This document shows, piece by piece, positions 14,610 through 23,592 of a DNA stretch of 24,215 nt. Origin of the DNA: a virus (taxonomy: Duplodnaviria > Caudoviricetes); the IMG/VR virus record IMGVR_UViG_3300042342_001925, positions 1-24,215 of that record; one strand, 5' to 3'. Numbering within the stretch: position 1 is the stretch's first letter; each line of letters starts with the position of its first letter. The translations under genes and the position numbers were made by a program. The notes beneath the pieces are model-generated. The model worked only from the letters and a program-made list of their open reading frames with translations, searched no databases and was not told the DNA's origin.

Positions 14610-14747
14610 TTAGTTCCTTTAGATAAATCTAGAAAAAGTAGGCCGTTCTCGAACGCGAGATGAACATAAATTAGCACCATTTAAATGTAATAAGGTAGAA
14701 CATTTTGGATGTAGAATGTGCGTACGCCTGTCTAAATAAAGGAACAC

Positions 14748-15026
14748 ATGTCAGTTATTTATAGCAAGGATATGGGTTACGGTAAGGACCCAGTGATTGG
14801 CTGTGTTGAATCATACAAAAAATGGTTTGACTTAAACGGTATGGATTTTGAGCTTCAGTGCATGGATAATAAGTGGCTTTGTTCGGCTTGGTTTAGGAAC
14901 AAATGGGGCGGAGCCGTCGGCAGTAGTAGTTCAGAGATTATTAAAGCAGTGCACTCTTGCTACGTTGATGCCAAGAAGGAGATGGTTAAACCAACAATCA
15001 GGAAGAGGGATTGGTCGCCTTCCTAG
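14748..15026 (+). CDS. hypothetical protein
   Basis: SD AAGGA; TAGAAT -10 at 14712-14717. Confidence 0.7.
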   Translation: MSVIYSKDMGYGKDPVIGCVESYKKWFDLNGMDFELQCMDNKWLCSAWFRNKWGGAVGSSSSEIIKAVHSCYVDAKKEMVKPTIRKRDWSPS

Positions 15027-15294
15027 GTGCCTTTGAATCCTCAACATCTCCCTTTTTATCAAATCTATTAAATACGTTATTAATCTCAGATATTGAAAGT
15101 TTTCCGTCGTCAAGGAAAGCTCTTGATAGACCCTCAATTACCGTGGCAACTCCAGCAACGCCAGCCATAAGAACCGCCTTCCATATCTGAACTCCAGCTA
15201 TGGCACCGGCACCAATTACGCCTAGTCCAGAAGCAGCAAAAGTAGCAAGTATACGCATTAATATATTTGTTACTAATTCTTTTTTCATAGCCAT
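14998..15294 (-). CDS. holin-like membrane protein
   Basis: SD AAGGAG, ATG 15294; two hydrophobic helices and a charged C-terminus; last gene of the endolysin-containing run. Confidence 0.65.
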   Translation of the reverse strand: MAMKKELVTNILMRILATFAASGLGVIGAGAIAGVQIWKAVLMAGVAGVATVIEGLSRAFLDDGKLSISEINNVFNRFDKKGDVEDSKAPRKATNPSS

Positions 15295-15295
15295 A

Positions 15296-16753
15296 TTAGG
15301 CTCCTTTTTTGTTCTTCTTGGAATCTGAAAACAGTCCACGGATTGACATGATTATCCAGCCAAGCAAAATGACAAAGAGAGCAAGTTTGATTCCGTTCGA
15401 GGAGTTGCTCCCGGTTTCTGGAAGAATCCCATGCGAGTGCGTTGAGTGGTCATGGACGGTAGTCTTCGGGGATGAAGATATACCGAGGTCTGGCACTGGA
15501 GATGATTCTGTGGTGGTTGTCACTTCTTGTGGCAATGGCAAAATTGAATATGCCGTTGTCGTTGTTTGAACAACTTCTGGCAGTGTTGTTGTTTGTTGCA
15601 GTACGGAGGTTGTTGTACTACTGGTTGATGTTGTAGTTACTAAGGGTGGAACAGTAGTTACTGGAGGATTCCAGCTCACAGTTGCTGAAACAGTCTTTGC
15701 CACACCGTTGACCGTTGCAGTAGCCGTATAGACAGCAGTTCCCTGAGAGTTTGTTCTTACAGTTATTGTTGCTACTCCAGAAGAATTAGTCGTAGCGGTC
15801 AGGGTGCTTCCAGCATCAGGGCCACTGCTAACGGTTATGGTTACCGTTACTCCAGCCTGAGGTACGCCAGATATTGTCTGAGCTGTAGCGGTTATCGTCA
15901 AGTCTTCGCCAGCGTTAGGACTTGTTGGACTAATAGCTAAAGTGAATGAACTTGGAAGAGAGACTGAGCCACCACCTATTGATACTGCTTTTCTCGTTGA
16001 TGAAGCAGATGGGTATGGGTAGTCAACAAGCGTTTTGAGTGTTCCAACGTTTCCTGTGAAATAACCATGCCAACAGGCAGCTACTTTTTCATTTGTAAGA
16101 CCAAAGTCAGCAATGCCGTCAGCGGTCGCATCTGGACCACCATTGCATCCACCGTTGTTATAGGCGGCACTTGGCAGTAGTGCAGTTAACCAGCCATACG
16201 AACCCATGTTCGCAAATAATCCACCACCAGAGTTAACGAAGTCAGCAATAACTTCAGCATTTGAGGTGAACACCGACTCAACAGCTGCTGGTCTACCCCA
16301 GTTGTCTGGAATCCATATAACAGCAGGCTTGAGTGTATTTATATTAGAGAAGAACGTAGTTACATCTGATGCGGAGTTATAAAAGTTTACAGTTGGAGCA
16401 GTGGTGAACTGGCCTAGGTACTTTGTAGTAAGAAGAGTATTCCAATTGCCGCCACACGAGTTGCTGGCTCCGTTTGCACCAAGAATGGCAATTGCACCAC
16501 TGTTCTGATTTGTTGCGCCGTCGTGGGTTTTCTTCAGAACTTGTGCAATGTATCCCCAAGTTCCTTCTCCTCCGGAGTGGCAGACAGGGTCCATTCCATC
16601 AAGGACTATTGGTCCACCAGTTCCAGAGGCATTAGCGGTACTGGTTATGGAAAGGCTTTTTGGTATTGAGGATTTTGAAACTAAAAACAATCCTAGCAAT
16701 ATTAAAGATATTGAAAAATATTTAAGTATATTATTTTTTGTTTTTTTAGTCAT
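15296..16753 (-). CDS. secreted LPXTG-type surface protein (globular domain, Big-1/Ig-like domain, Thr-rich stalk)
   Basis: Signal peptide; G.P.AGVTVT.TV.SGP......TTNSSGVAT (Big-1 pattern); Thr-rich stalk; HDHSTHSH; LPETG (15424-15410) + TM + KKNKKGA. Start is 16753 or 16762. Confidence 0.85.
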   Translation of the reverse strand: MTKKTKNNILKYFSISLILLGLFLVSKSSIPKSLSITSTANASGTGGPIVLDGMDPVCHSGGEGTWGYIAQVLKKTHDGATNQNSGAIAILGANGASNSCGGNWNTLLTTKYLGQFTTAPTVNFYNSASDVTTFFSNINTLKPAVIWIPDNWGRPAAVESVFTSNAEVIADFVNSGGGLFANMGSYGWLTALLPSAAYNNGGCNGGPDATADGIADFGLTNEKVAACWHGYFTGNVGTLKTLVDYPYPSASSTRKAVSIGGGSVSLPSSFTLAISPTSPNAGEDLTITATAQTISGVPQAGVTVTITVSSGPDAGSTLTATTNSSGVATITVRTNSQGTAVYTATATVNGVAKTVSATVSWNPPVTTVPPLVTTTSTSSTTTSVLQQTTTLPEVVQTTTTAYSILPLPQEVTTTTESSPVPDLGISSSPKTTVHDHSTHSHGILPETGSNSSNGIKLALFVILLGWIIMSIRGLFSDSKKNKKGA

Positions 16754-16976
16754 TTCCTTCATCTTTTTCAATAACCGAAACAGCGCATCTCTTGGAGCAG
16801 TAAAGTTCGTTTTTGTACTGCCTAAGAATGCCCTTGCTCGTTTTCCCACCACAAACTGGACAACTATTCATTATTCCCTTTGTCATGCCTATGTACATGA
16901 CGATGTCGCCTTCGTTCTTTTTCTTAACTGGAGCGCTGGAATTACTTACGTTTTTCTTTGCTGGTTTATTTGCCAT
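16746..16976 (-). CDS. small basic Zn-finger (TRASH/YHS-like) protein
   Basis: CPVCG...YCSKRC; coupled to both neighbours. Confidence 0.72.
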   Translation of the reverse strand: MANKPAKKNVSNSSAPVKKKNEGDIVMYIGMTKGIMNSCPVCGGKTSKGILRQYKNELYCSKRCAVSVIEKDEGND

Positions 16977-17224
16977 TAGACATCACCTTTTGCGTGGTCT
17001 CGGATATGTTCATCAACTTTTGCTTCCGTACGTTCGACACCCTTTTCTACCCTGTCAATAGATATTCCAAGCGTCTTGCCGAGATTTTCAATCTTGTCAA
17101 CAACAAAGTTGTGGTCGGCTTTGTTTTCTTCCCATCTGCCTTTGCTTGAGCGTCTATCTTTTTCAATCAACGCAATAGCAACGCCACCAAATATGCCAAT
17201 CAAAGCAACAATTATTGCCTCCAT
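16976..17224 (-). CDS. single-TM coiled-coil protein (lysis-cassette/holin-like)
   Basis: SD AAGGA, ATG 17224; MEAIIVALIGIFGGVAIALI then a coiled coil ending VDEHIRDH; directly after the peptidase. Confidence 0.72.
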   Translation of the reverse strand: MEAIIVALIGIFGGVAIALIEKDRRSSKGRWEENKADHNFVVDKIENLGKTLGISIDRVEKGVERTEAKVDEHIRDHAKGDV

Positions 17225-17228
17225 TGGA

Positions 17229-17807
17229 TTATTTTCCTTTTGCGGCTTTTTTGGCCTGATTTGCTTCAAATCGAGTTTTTACCGCTTCTGGAGTTGCATC
17301 GCCACACACATACTGCCAATGCCAGTTTTCAAATTCTGGAGACTTTGGGTCGTCGCTCTGGAGATAGAAACCGTATTTTGGAGCATTCTCGCAAAGCCAG
17401 TTAAGTACTTCAGCTTTTGTCACGTTGATGTCGATAGCTAGACCGAGGCCATGATTTGAGCGACCAGGGCTAGAAGATGGACTCATCTTTGGTTTTAGGT
17501 ACCAAGTCTTTCCGTCCCAAGTTCTAGTCACTTGCGGCTTTCTGCCACCGTCAGTAGTTGAGTAGCGGTCCTTGAACATTGCTAATTGCTGTTCGTAAGA
17601 GCGGTAATCGCCAATATTCTGCAGTTTAAAGCCAGCTTTTTCAGCGTCATTAAACATTTGGTTGAAAGCAATTCCAGCCCAACGCCAAAACTTTGCTCCA
17701 TTTACTGATGTTGTTAGCATTTCTGGGGTTAATTTCCCAGTTTCATCCTTCATCCCAGCAAGCTCTTTTGGAAGAACCATTTTTTTGTAAGGGTACTTGG
17801 GGGCCAT
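17229..17807 (-). CDS. M15-family (VanY-like) Zn peptidase, probable endolysin
   Basis: YRSYEQQ, SNHGLGLAID (SxHxxGxAxD), WL.ENA.KYGF, ENWHWQY (ExxH). Confidence 0.88.
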   Translation of the reverse strand: MAPKYPYKKMVLPKELAGMKDETGKLTPEMLTTSVNGAKFWRWAGIAFNQMFNDAEKAGFKLQNIGDYRSYEQQLAMFKDRYSTTDGGRKPQVTRTWDGKTWYLKPKMSPSSSPGRSNHGLGLAIDINVTKAEVLNWLCENAPKYGFYLQSDDPKSPEFENWHWQYVCGDATPEAVKTRFEANQAKKAAKGK

Positions 17808-17886
17808 TTTAGCTCTTTTCCACAGTTTGTTCACAACTTCAAATATTGTACAACAAAAATAAGGCGCTAAAATTTAGAAATTATAA

Positions 17887-18063
17887 TTAGTCTTTGCTAC
17901 CATCAAGAATTTTATAAATATAGTGAATTACGCCACCAGTAATCGTCAAGTAGAGAGCGATTTTTTGCGTATCACCGGAAAGCGTGATTATCACAATTGT
18001 GCTTCCGACTATCGTCCATATCAAGTCACCGGTTATGGTCCATATTTTCTTCAAAAATTTCAT
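17887..18063 (-). CDS. 58-aa two-TM protein coupled to the 972-aa surface protein, not in ORF track
   Basis: ATGA overlap; MKFLKKIWTITGDLIWTIVGSTIVIITLSGDTQKIALYLTITGGVIHYIYKILDGSKD*. Confidence 0.78.
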   Translation of the reverse strand: MKFLKKIWTITGDLIWTIVGSTIVIITLSGDTQKIALYLTITGGVIHYIYKILDGSKD

Positions 18064-20978
18064 TTTCTTCTTCTCCCACGAGAGTTGTTTTTACTTTTAC
18101 CTTCTTTTGGTTCAGACCCTCCACTTGGGTCACTTCCACCGGAACCGCCACCTGAAGGCCCTGAGCTACCGCCAGAGGGTCCACTTGGAGCTGATGGGGC
18201 AGAAGCTGCAGAGATTGCTATTACAGATGATACAACAGTTACAGCAACTATCGTTCTACGTTCGCCAACACTTACGTTTGAGCCTGTTGGGACATAGGTA
18301 TCAAAGGCACCATCAAAGACGTTTATCTCCTCTTCAAATGCTTCTTTGATTTCAGTTGGTGCGTCTTGCACCGCATCAACAATCTCCTGACCTTGTTCGT
18401 CAGAAAGTTCATCTACGGGTATTTCGTTGAATATTTCTGCTGCTGCATCTGATGAGATACTTTCAAGCACTTTCTCGCTAGTTGCAAGTTCAGTTGCTTG
18501 GTCTTCAGTAATACCGTTTTCAATCATGTCATCAACAGCGGAAGAAACTTGTTCTTCGGTAACTGAGTCACCTTCAAGGATTCCTACTACTTCAGTGAAT
18601 TGTTCAGCTGATAAATCTGAGTCAATAATTGAAGTGATAGCCGCATCAAATTCCCCATCACTCAAAGGCCCATCAAATATTGTTTCAAGAACAGCATTGA
18701 ACTGTTCGTCAGTAAGTGGTTTGTCTAGTATGTCCGATATTGCGGAACCAAGTTCTTCTGGTGAAGATACGTCTTGAAGCACTGAATCAACAGCATCTGC
18801 AAGCTCTTCATTGCTTAATGAAGATGTATTTATTTGGTCAATCTCTTCGCTTATATCTAGCGGAAGTTCTGGCGTAGTTTCTTGTATCGGCGTTTCATCT
18901 TGGGGGACTGTTTCTGGTTCAAGTATCGAGTCTTGAACTGTAGATTCTGTGAAGTCTCCTGGTCCGACATTTTCCTCCTCAATTATGGGGATGGTCTCCG
19001 GAATAGTTATGGGGATAATCTCCGGAAACACCACTACCGTTGCGGTTGTTTCATCCACTGTACCGCTTGTCGTTTCTGTGATTGGTAAAGGAATTGTTGT
19101 AGTTATTTCAAGTTCAGGAATCAACTCTGTTGTTGTGGGTATTTCTGGTTCTGAAATTACTTCTGTAGTTGTTGTTTCTGGTTCGGTTGTGGTTGTGGGT
19201 GGAGTTGGGTCAACAACTATTACATCAATAGTGGTTTCTGGCCCGTACACACAGGGACCTACGCCTTCGCTAGAGAAACAACTCTTATTTCCTGCTTTTA
19301 TACCGAAGCGAACAGGCCCGAATCCAGTAGTTCCAGAGAACATGTATTCAGCGAGTGAGTATGCAGTTCCCTGGTCAGTCCAAACTCCCCACCCGCCAGA
19401 AGTAGTTCCACCAATTTCATCAAGGTTGTAGAACGTGACACCATAGGCGTAGATATCTGAGTTGCTTGATATTGGGGCGTCCCAGTCTAGGTCTACGCTT
19501 CCATTTGCGTTTGCTGTTGCTGTCAAGTTTCTTGCTGCGTTAAAGTAAGGAACAGTTACAGCTAAGCTTTCCCAAGATTGACCATCAGAAGAAGTCATGA
19601 CTCTATTGTTTGTTCCAGAGTTTGCTACAGCAATATACTTGTTCGCTCCGTAAGCAACTCCTTGCCATGAATTGCTTGGAACTCCAGAACCAAGTGTCCA
19701 GCTTGCACCATCTGCTGAGTAGGCAGAGCGTGAATTCACTCCACCTTCCGCTACAGCTATAAACTTATTTCCGCCATATGTTATGTATTTCCATTGATTT
19801 GCTGGAGCGCTTGCGGTATTGGTCCAGTTAACTCCGTTTGTAGAGTACGCACCATACCTATTTCCTGTGTTCGTACTATATTCAAGCCACGAGAAACGCC
19901 CAGCACCAAAAGCAACTGTTCGTATATCAACAATTGCGCCAGGGTTCTGAATTGACCAATTAGAAATTCCGTCTGCTGACGACCAACCTCTACCAAACTG
20001 AGAGACGGAAACAAATCGCGGAACCGTTGCGCTGCAAGCGACCGCATCGTGAGACCACGTAAAGGCAGGGGTGCGAACTGTCCAGTCAATCCCATTTGTG
20101 GATGTCATAACATAATTACTACCCCATGTTGCAGTAGCAACAAAAAGACCACCACAGTTTGTGATTGCTTGCCATTCGCCGTTTGGGGCAGTTCTCGATG
20201 TCCAGGTGATTCCGTCAGGCGAGGTCATAACTGCATTTGAACCAACCGCAACAAACAGACCATCGGCATAGGTGATTCCTTGCCAGTTACTGTTGGAAGC
20301 AGAAGTTCTTGAAACCCAGTAAGTACCGTTTACTGAAGTCATTACACGGTTTCCACTACCGGACGAAGCAACCGCAACAAACTTTCCATCACCGTAAGTG
20401 ACCGCTTCCCACTGTTGGTCTGCTGGATATCCAGTTGCAACTGGGGCTGCAGGGGTTATGTTGGCTGAAACGTTGTCAACTATGGGTCCGTATACTCCTG
20501 CCCAAAAACCGTTGTCTATACCGCTAAGTCTCAGAGTGGCAGAAGTTGTCCCGTTTGGCACCGTTAGCGACAGCGTAAATGTTTCTTGGTTGTGGGCCGT
20601 TGACCTTCCAATGCTTTGTACCGTGGCACCAGAGGTAAGCGAGGCATTCCATGTGTCAGCAATCGCACCCTGTCCAACGCTATTGGTGTTTGAGTTATCT
20701 ACGGTAAATGAGATTTCTACAGTTTCGCCTTCATTGACCGTAAGGGATTGACTTACTTCACCTGTTGCGTATGAAAAACGGAGAGCACTATTGAATGCCA
20801 TTCCGCTTCCACCATTTTGGACTATTGTCCAGCCGCTGGAGCCATCAAACTCTCCATTTGTAATAACCGTGGACGCTTTCGAGGGGGATGAAGGAGGAGT
20901 AATCCATGCGAGAACAAGCGCAGGCAAAAGTATCCATGCGCCAGGGCGCAATTTTATTTCTTTCCCACCAATTTTCAA
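18060..20978 (-). CDS. large secreted membrane-anchored protein: CBM-like domain, 7 Asp-box/BNR repeats (beta-propeller), FN3-like domain, Pro/Thr/Glu stalk, acidic helical repeats, C-terminal TM
   Basis: SD GGAGG, TTG start, signal peptide; ITNGEFD...W...G.YGP.VDNVS; seven S-x-[DN]-G-x-x-W repeats; NLTA...SVDLDWDAP...Y; TIVAVTVVSSVIAISAA, then Gly/Ser and a basic tail. Confidence 0.88.
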   Translation of the reverse strand: MKIGGKEIKLRPGAWILLPALVLAWITPPSSPSKASTVITNGEFDGSSGWTIVQNGGSGMAFNSALRFSYATGEVSQSLTVNEGETVEISFTVDNSNTNSVGQGAIADTWNASLTSGATVQSIGRSTAHNQETFTLSLTVPNGTTSATLRLSGIDNGFWAGVYGPIVDNVSANITPAAPVATGYPADQQWEAVTYGDGKFVAVASSGSGNRVMTSVNGTYWVSRTSASNSNWQGITYADGLFVAVGSNAVMTSPDGITWTSRTAPNGEWQAITNCGGLFVATATWGSNYVMTSTNGIDWTVRTPAFTWSHDAVACSATVPRFVSVSQFGRGWSSADGISNWSIQNPGAIVDIRTVAFGAGRFSWLEYSTNTGNRYGAYSTNGVNWTNTASAPANQWKYITYGGNKFIAVAEGGVNSRSAYSADGASWTLGSGVPSNSWQGVAYGANKYIAVANSGTNNRVMTSSDGQSWESLAVTVPYFNAARNLTATANANGSVDLDWDAPISSNSDIYAYGVTFYNLDEIGGTTSGGWGVWTDQGTAYSLAEYMFSGTTGFGPVRFGIKAGNKSCFSSEGVGPCVYGPETTIDVIVVDPTPPTTTTEPETTTTEVISEPEIPTTTELIPELEITTTIPLPITETTSGTVDETTATVVVFPEIIPITIPETIPIIEEENVGPGDFTESTVQDSILEPETVPQDETPIQETTPELPLDISEEIDQINTSSLSNEELADAVDSVLQDVSSPEELGSAISDILDKPLTDEQFNAVLETIFDGPLSDGEFDAAITSIIDSDLSAEQFTEVVGILEGDSVTEEQVSSAVDDMIENGITEDQATELATSEKVLESISSDAAAEIFNEIPVDELSDEQGQEIVDAVQDAPTEIKEAFEEEINVFDGAFDTYVPTGSNVSVGERRTIVAVTVVSSVIAISAASAPSAPSGPSGGSSGPSGGGSGGSDPSGGSEPKEGKSKNNSRGRRRK

Positions 20979-21000
20979 TCTCTGTCCTCCGACAGAAACA

Positions 21001-21010
21001 ATTTTACACC
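21001..21010 (-). promoter_or_regulatory. promoter GGTG-TAAAAT for the large surface protein
   Basis: Same GGTG-TANNNT form as 12289/12312/3577; lies just upstream of SD GGAGG. Confidence 0.55.
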
Positions 21011-21032
21011 AGACTATTTATATTGTCTGTAA

Positions 21033-21830
21033 TTAAATATCTCTATCCGGGATATTTCTGTCCTCGACACGATTTAATCTTCCTCTGTGTTGAACATTTA
21101 TATCTTTTCTGACCCATGTCATGCCATACGGATAGTCCATATTTTCTAAACCAGTTCTTACCATTAAGCGTTCTGCCATTGACTGGAATGAAGGGTCGTC
21201 ACTGAGGTTTAGGTATGAGTTATGAAACCATGGAAGGTCGTAAAAAGCTGGAGAGTTGACGAGCAGGCATCCAGCCGTAGTCCAATGTTCCTGAATTGGA
21301 GGATTTTCGCTTATTACTTTTCCAGATAAGCCATAAGCACCAACGTTTGCTCCTACAAGTGGCCTGTCTACCTCGAGCATTTTTTCAACTATCTCTACAT
21401 TCAGTTCTATGTCGGAGTCAACGTATAGCACTGCTTGGTAGTTGATTACTCCAATATTTTCTTCTGTGCAATCTTCGCCCCAGTGGTGACCAGATGTAAT
21501 GCGATGTCTTTGAGTAAACTCGCGTATGAGGTTTCTGCCAGTCTCAATTCTAATCCATCTATTTCCTGACTCAACTTTTGTCTGCATGTCGTTTATGGAG
21601 TATGTCCAATAGTCGCCGTTTAGTTCGCGAAGGGCGTTTACTACTTCGCTAAAAGGCTCGATTCCACGTGCATCTAGCTCAAATGCTGCAAACCACTTTA
21701 CATTTGGAAATTTCTGAGATATGGCTAATCTATCCTCTAGCCATGTCATGTGTTCTCCAGCGTCACATTTCCAGCCAACTAAGGGCGTTCCGATAACAAA
21801 ATGTTTTTGATAATCAATTGGCTTAATCAT
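21033..21830 (-). CDS. GT-A fold (GT2-like) glycosyltransferase
   Basis: GRNLI, VLYVDSD (DxD), PLVGA, TAGCLLV...F, SDD..F, V.H. Confidence 0.7.
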   Translation of the reverse strand: MIKPIDYQKHFVIGTPLVGWKCDAGEHMTWLEDRLAISQKFPNVKWFAAFELDARGIEPFSEVVNALRELNGDYWTYSINDMQTKVESGNRWIRIETGRNLIREFTQRHRITSGHHWGEDCTEENIGVINYQAVLYVDSDIELNVEIVEKMLEVDRPLVGANVGAYGLSGKVISENPPIQEHWTTAGCLLVNSPAFYDLPWFHNSYLNLSDDPSFQSMAERLMVRTGLENMDYPYGMTWVRKDINVQHRGRLNRVEDRNIPDRDI

Positions 21831-22437
21831 ATGATGTCCTTTTATTTAGAATTACTGCTGACATAGAGAGTGGGTTATTTAAGTCACCACGATGAAACAC
21901 TTCTATTAATTGAGCATTTCTTGAAATGTATTCTGATTCTTCATTTGTGGCGTAGGTAGAAAGCCACCCGTCGTTTTCGATTTGTTTAAGCAATTCAAAA
22001 GTTGACTTTTCCTCACCTTCCCTATACCCAAGCCACCAAGCATGCAAGTCTTCAATTATATAAATTTTGCAATATGGGAATAGAACGGAAAAAGATGTTT
22101 CCATTGATTTTGGCGTATGAGCTCCATCGTCAAGAATCACATCGTATTCCCCGGTAATGGAATTAATTATCATTTGGCGATTAGTCTGGTCAACAATTTT
22201 TAATTCGCAATTTTCAATTGGTTCGCAATGGTTTATGTCCCAGCCTTCAATAACACATTCGCTGCTCAACCATTCGCGCCACGTTCTGATTGAGTGACCA
22301 CCCTGAACTCCTATTTCTAAAAATTTTAGTATTTGATTTCTGTCTAAATATTTTTGATAAAAATCCATATACTCGTGATAGGTGGACTTGTCCGTGCCAT
22401 GTTTCAACCCAATATCGTGCAGCGATAACTCACTCAT
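21823..22437 (-). CDS. SAM-dependent sugar O-methyltransferase-like protein (MycE/Methyltransf_24-like)
   Basis: GTDK...H.Y...Y, LEIGVQGGHS..TW, G.DI, DQ, DVILDDGAH, YIIEDL; ATG 22437 overlaps the upstream stop. Confidence 0.82.
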   Translation of the reverse strand: MSELSLHDIGLKHGTDKSTYHEYMDFYQKYLDRNQILKFLEIGVQGGHSIRTWREWLSSECVIEGWDINHCEPIENCELKIVDQTNRQMIINSITGEYDVILDDGAHTPKSMETSFSVLFPYCKIYIIEDLHAWWLGYREGEEKSTFELLKQIENDGWLSTYATNEESEYISRNAQLIEVFHRGDLNNPLSMSAVILNKRTSYD

Positions 22438-22888
22438 ATGCTGCTTCCAGTTCCTGCACAAAATCAGAACACACGCCGTAATAGTCGTGCAATTTCAGGC
22501 CGACCAATCCCTCCCCCCTTTCGGGAAGGACAGATATACAAAGCCTTGAAGCGATTTGACTGCCTGGATAAGCCCAAACAAAACTACGACTAGTTATCGT
22601 GTAGGCATCAATATTGTGAAAGAAGCAATGATAACCGGTATTCATAGAATGACCCAATGATTCAAAATCTTTACAGTGAATCCATAAGCTGCTCGAATAC
22701 ATTTGCAGCCATTTATCATCTATTTCATACTGCGGCTCATCGTGACCAAGATACATTTTTCCAAGATGTGTCCTGAGGTCTACCTCAACATCAAAACCTT
22801 TTCTGATTGCATCAACTACATAATCTGGTGAATTTTCTAATTCTCTGTTGATTCCGGTCAGATTTCCTCTGTGCGATATGAATCTCAT
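22430..22888 (-). CDS. short GDPD/PLC-like phosphodiesterase
   Basis: ISHRGN, ENSPDY, GFDVEVD, LGHDEPQY, LWIHCK, FFH..D..TITS...WAYPG, GVCSD. Confidence 0.85.
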   Translation of the reverse strand: MRFISHRGNLTGINRELENSPDYVVDAIRKGFDVEVDLRTHLGKMYLGHDEPQYEIDDKWLQMYSSSLWIHCKDFESLGHSMNTGYHCFFHNIDAYTITSRSFVWAYPGSQIASRLCISVLPERGEGLVGLKLHDYYGVCSDFVQELEAAYE

Positions 22889-23592
22889 TTTTCAACCTGA
22901 ACCCATATCCAGTTTTTGTGATTGTCTCCAGGTCCAGTTTCTCTAATGTCTGACTTGTAGTTTTTAAAACCAATTTTATCCACAAGGTCTTCACGCAGGT
23001 CTTGCTCATCGGTAATGCTTACATCCGAGTGTCCATTAGTGCTTCCAGCATCGTAGTTGTTGTCGTAATACCCAGCAGTTGGAATTCCATCTTTTCCTCC
23101 GTGGCCCATTTGAAAACACAGCTTTCCGCCGGGCTTAAGTACTCTAAATATGTCTTTTAAGATATTGAATCTAATTTCGTGAACACAAATATGTTGAAAA
23201 CAAATAACTGCAAAAACAACATCGTAAGATTCATCCGCAACTGCAGATAGATTGTCTCCACTTGTGACATATAAGTTTGGTTCCTGAATGTTGTTTGCGT
23301 TAATATTTAGTCGAGCTTTTTCTATATTTACATCAGATATATCAATTCCATCTACTCGCGCAAATCTGTCAGAGAACTTAACTAGATTTCTTCCAGGTCC
23401 ACACCCATACTCAATGGCAATGAGTTCGCTAGTTTCAAAGTCTTTAAATAAGAAATTGTCATAGTCTGACCAATTATTATGAGCATCATACGAGCCGACA
23501 ACTGGGTCCCTGAATTCAAGTGACCATTTTGACGCATACTCGTCATAGTAGGAATTTTGCATATCTAGGTAATCTTTTTTGCTTTTACTCAT
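22885..23592 (-). CDS. class I SAM-dependent methyltransferase
   Basis: EYGCGPGR, GIDIS, YDVVFAVICFQH, RVLKPGG. Confidence 0.9.
   Translation of the reverse strand: MSKSKKDYLDMQNSYYDEYASKWSLEFRDPVVGSYDAHNNWSDYDNFLFKDFETSELIAIEYGCGPGRNLVKFSDRFARVDGIDISDVNIEKARLNINANNIQEPNLYVTSGDNLSAVADESYDVVFAVICFQHICVHEIRFNILKDIFRVLKPGGKLCFQMGHGGKDGIPTAGYYDNNYDAGSTNGHSDVSITDEQDLREDLVDKIGFKNYKSDIRETGPGDNHKNWIWVQVEK

Noticed and set aside
15309-21112. Plus-strand ORFs opposite the surface-protein and lysis genes
   Set aside because: Antisense shadows produced by low-complexity Thr/Ser/Pro codons.
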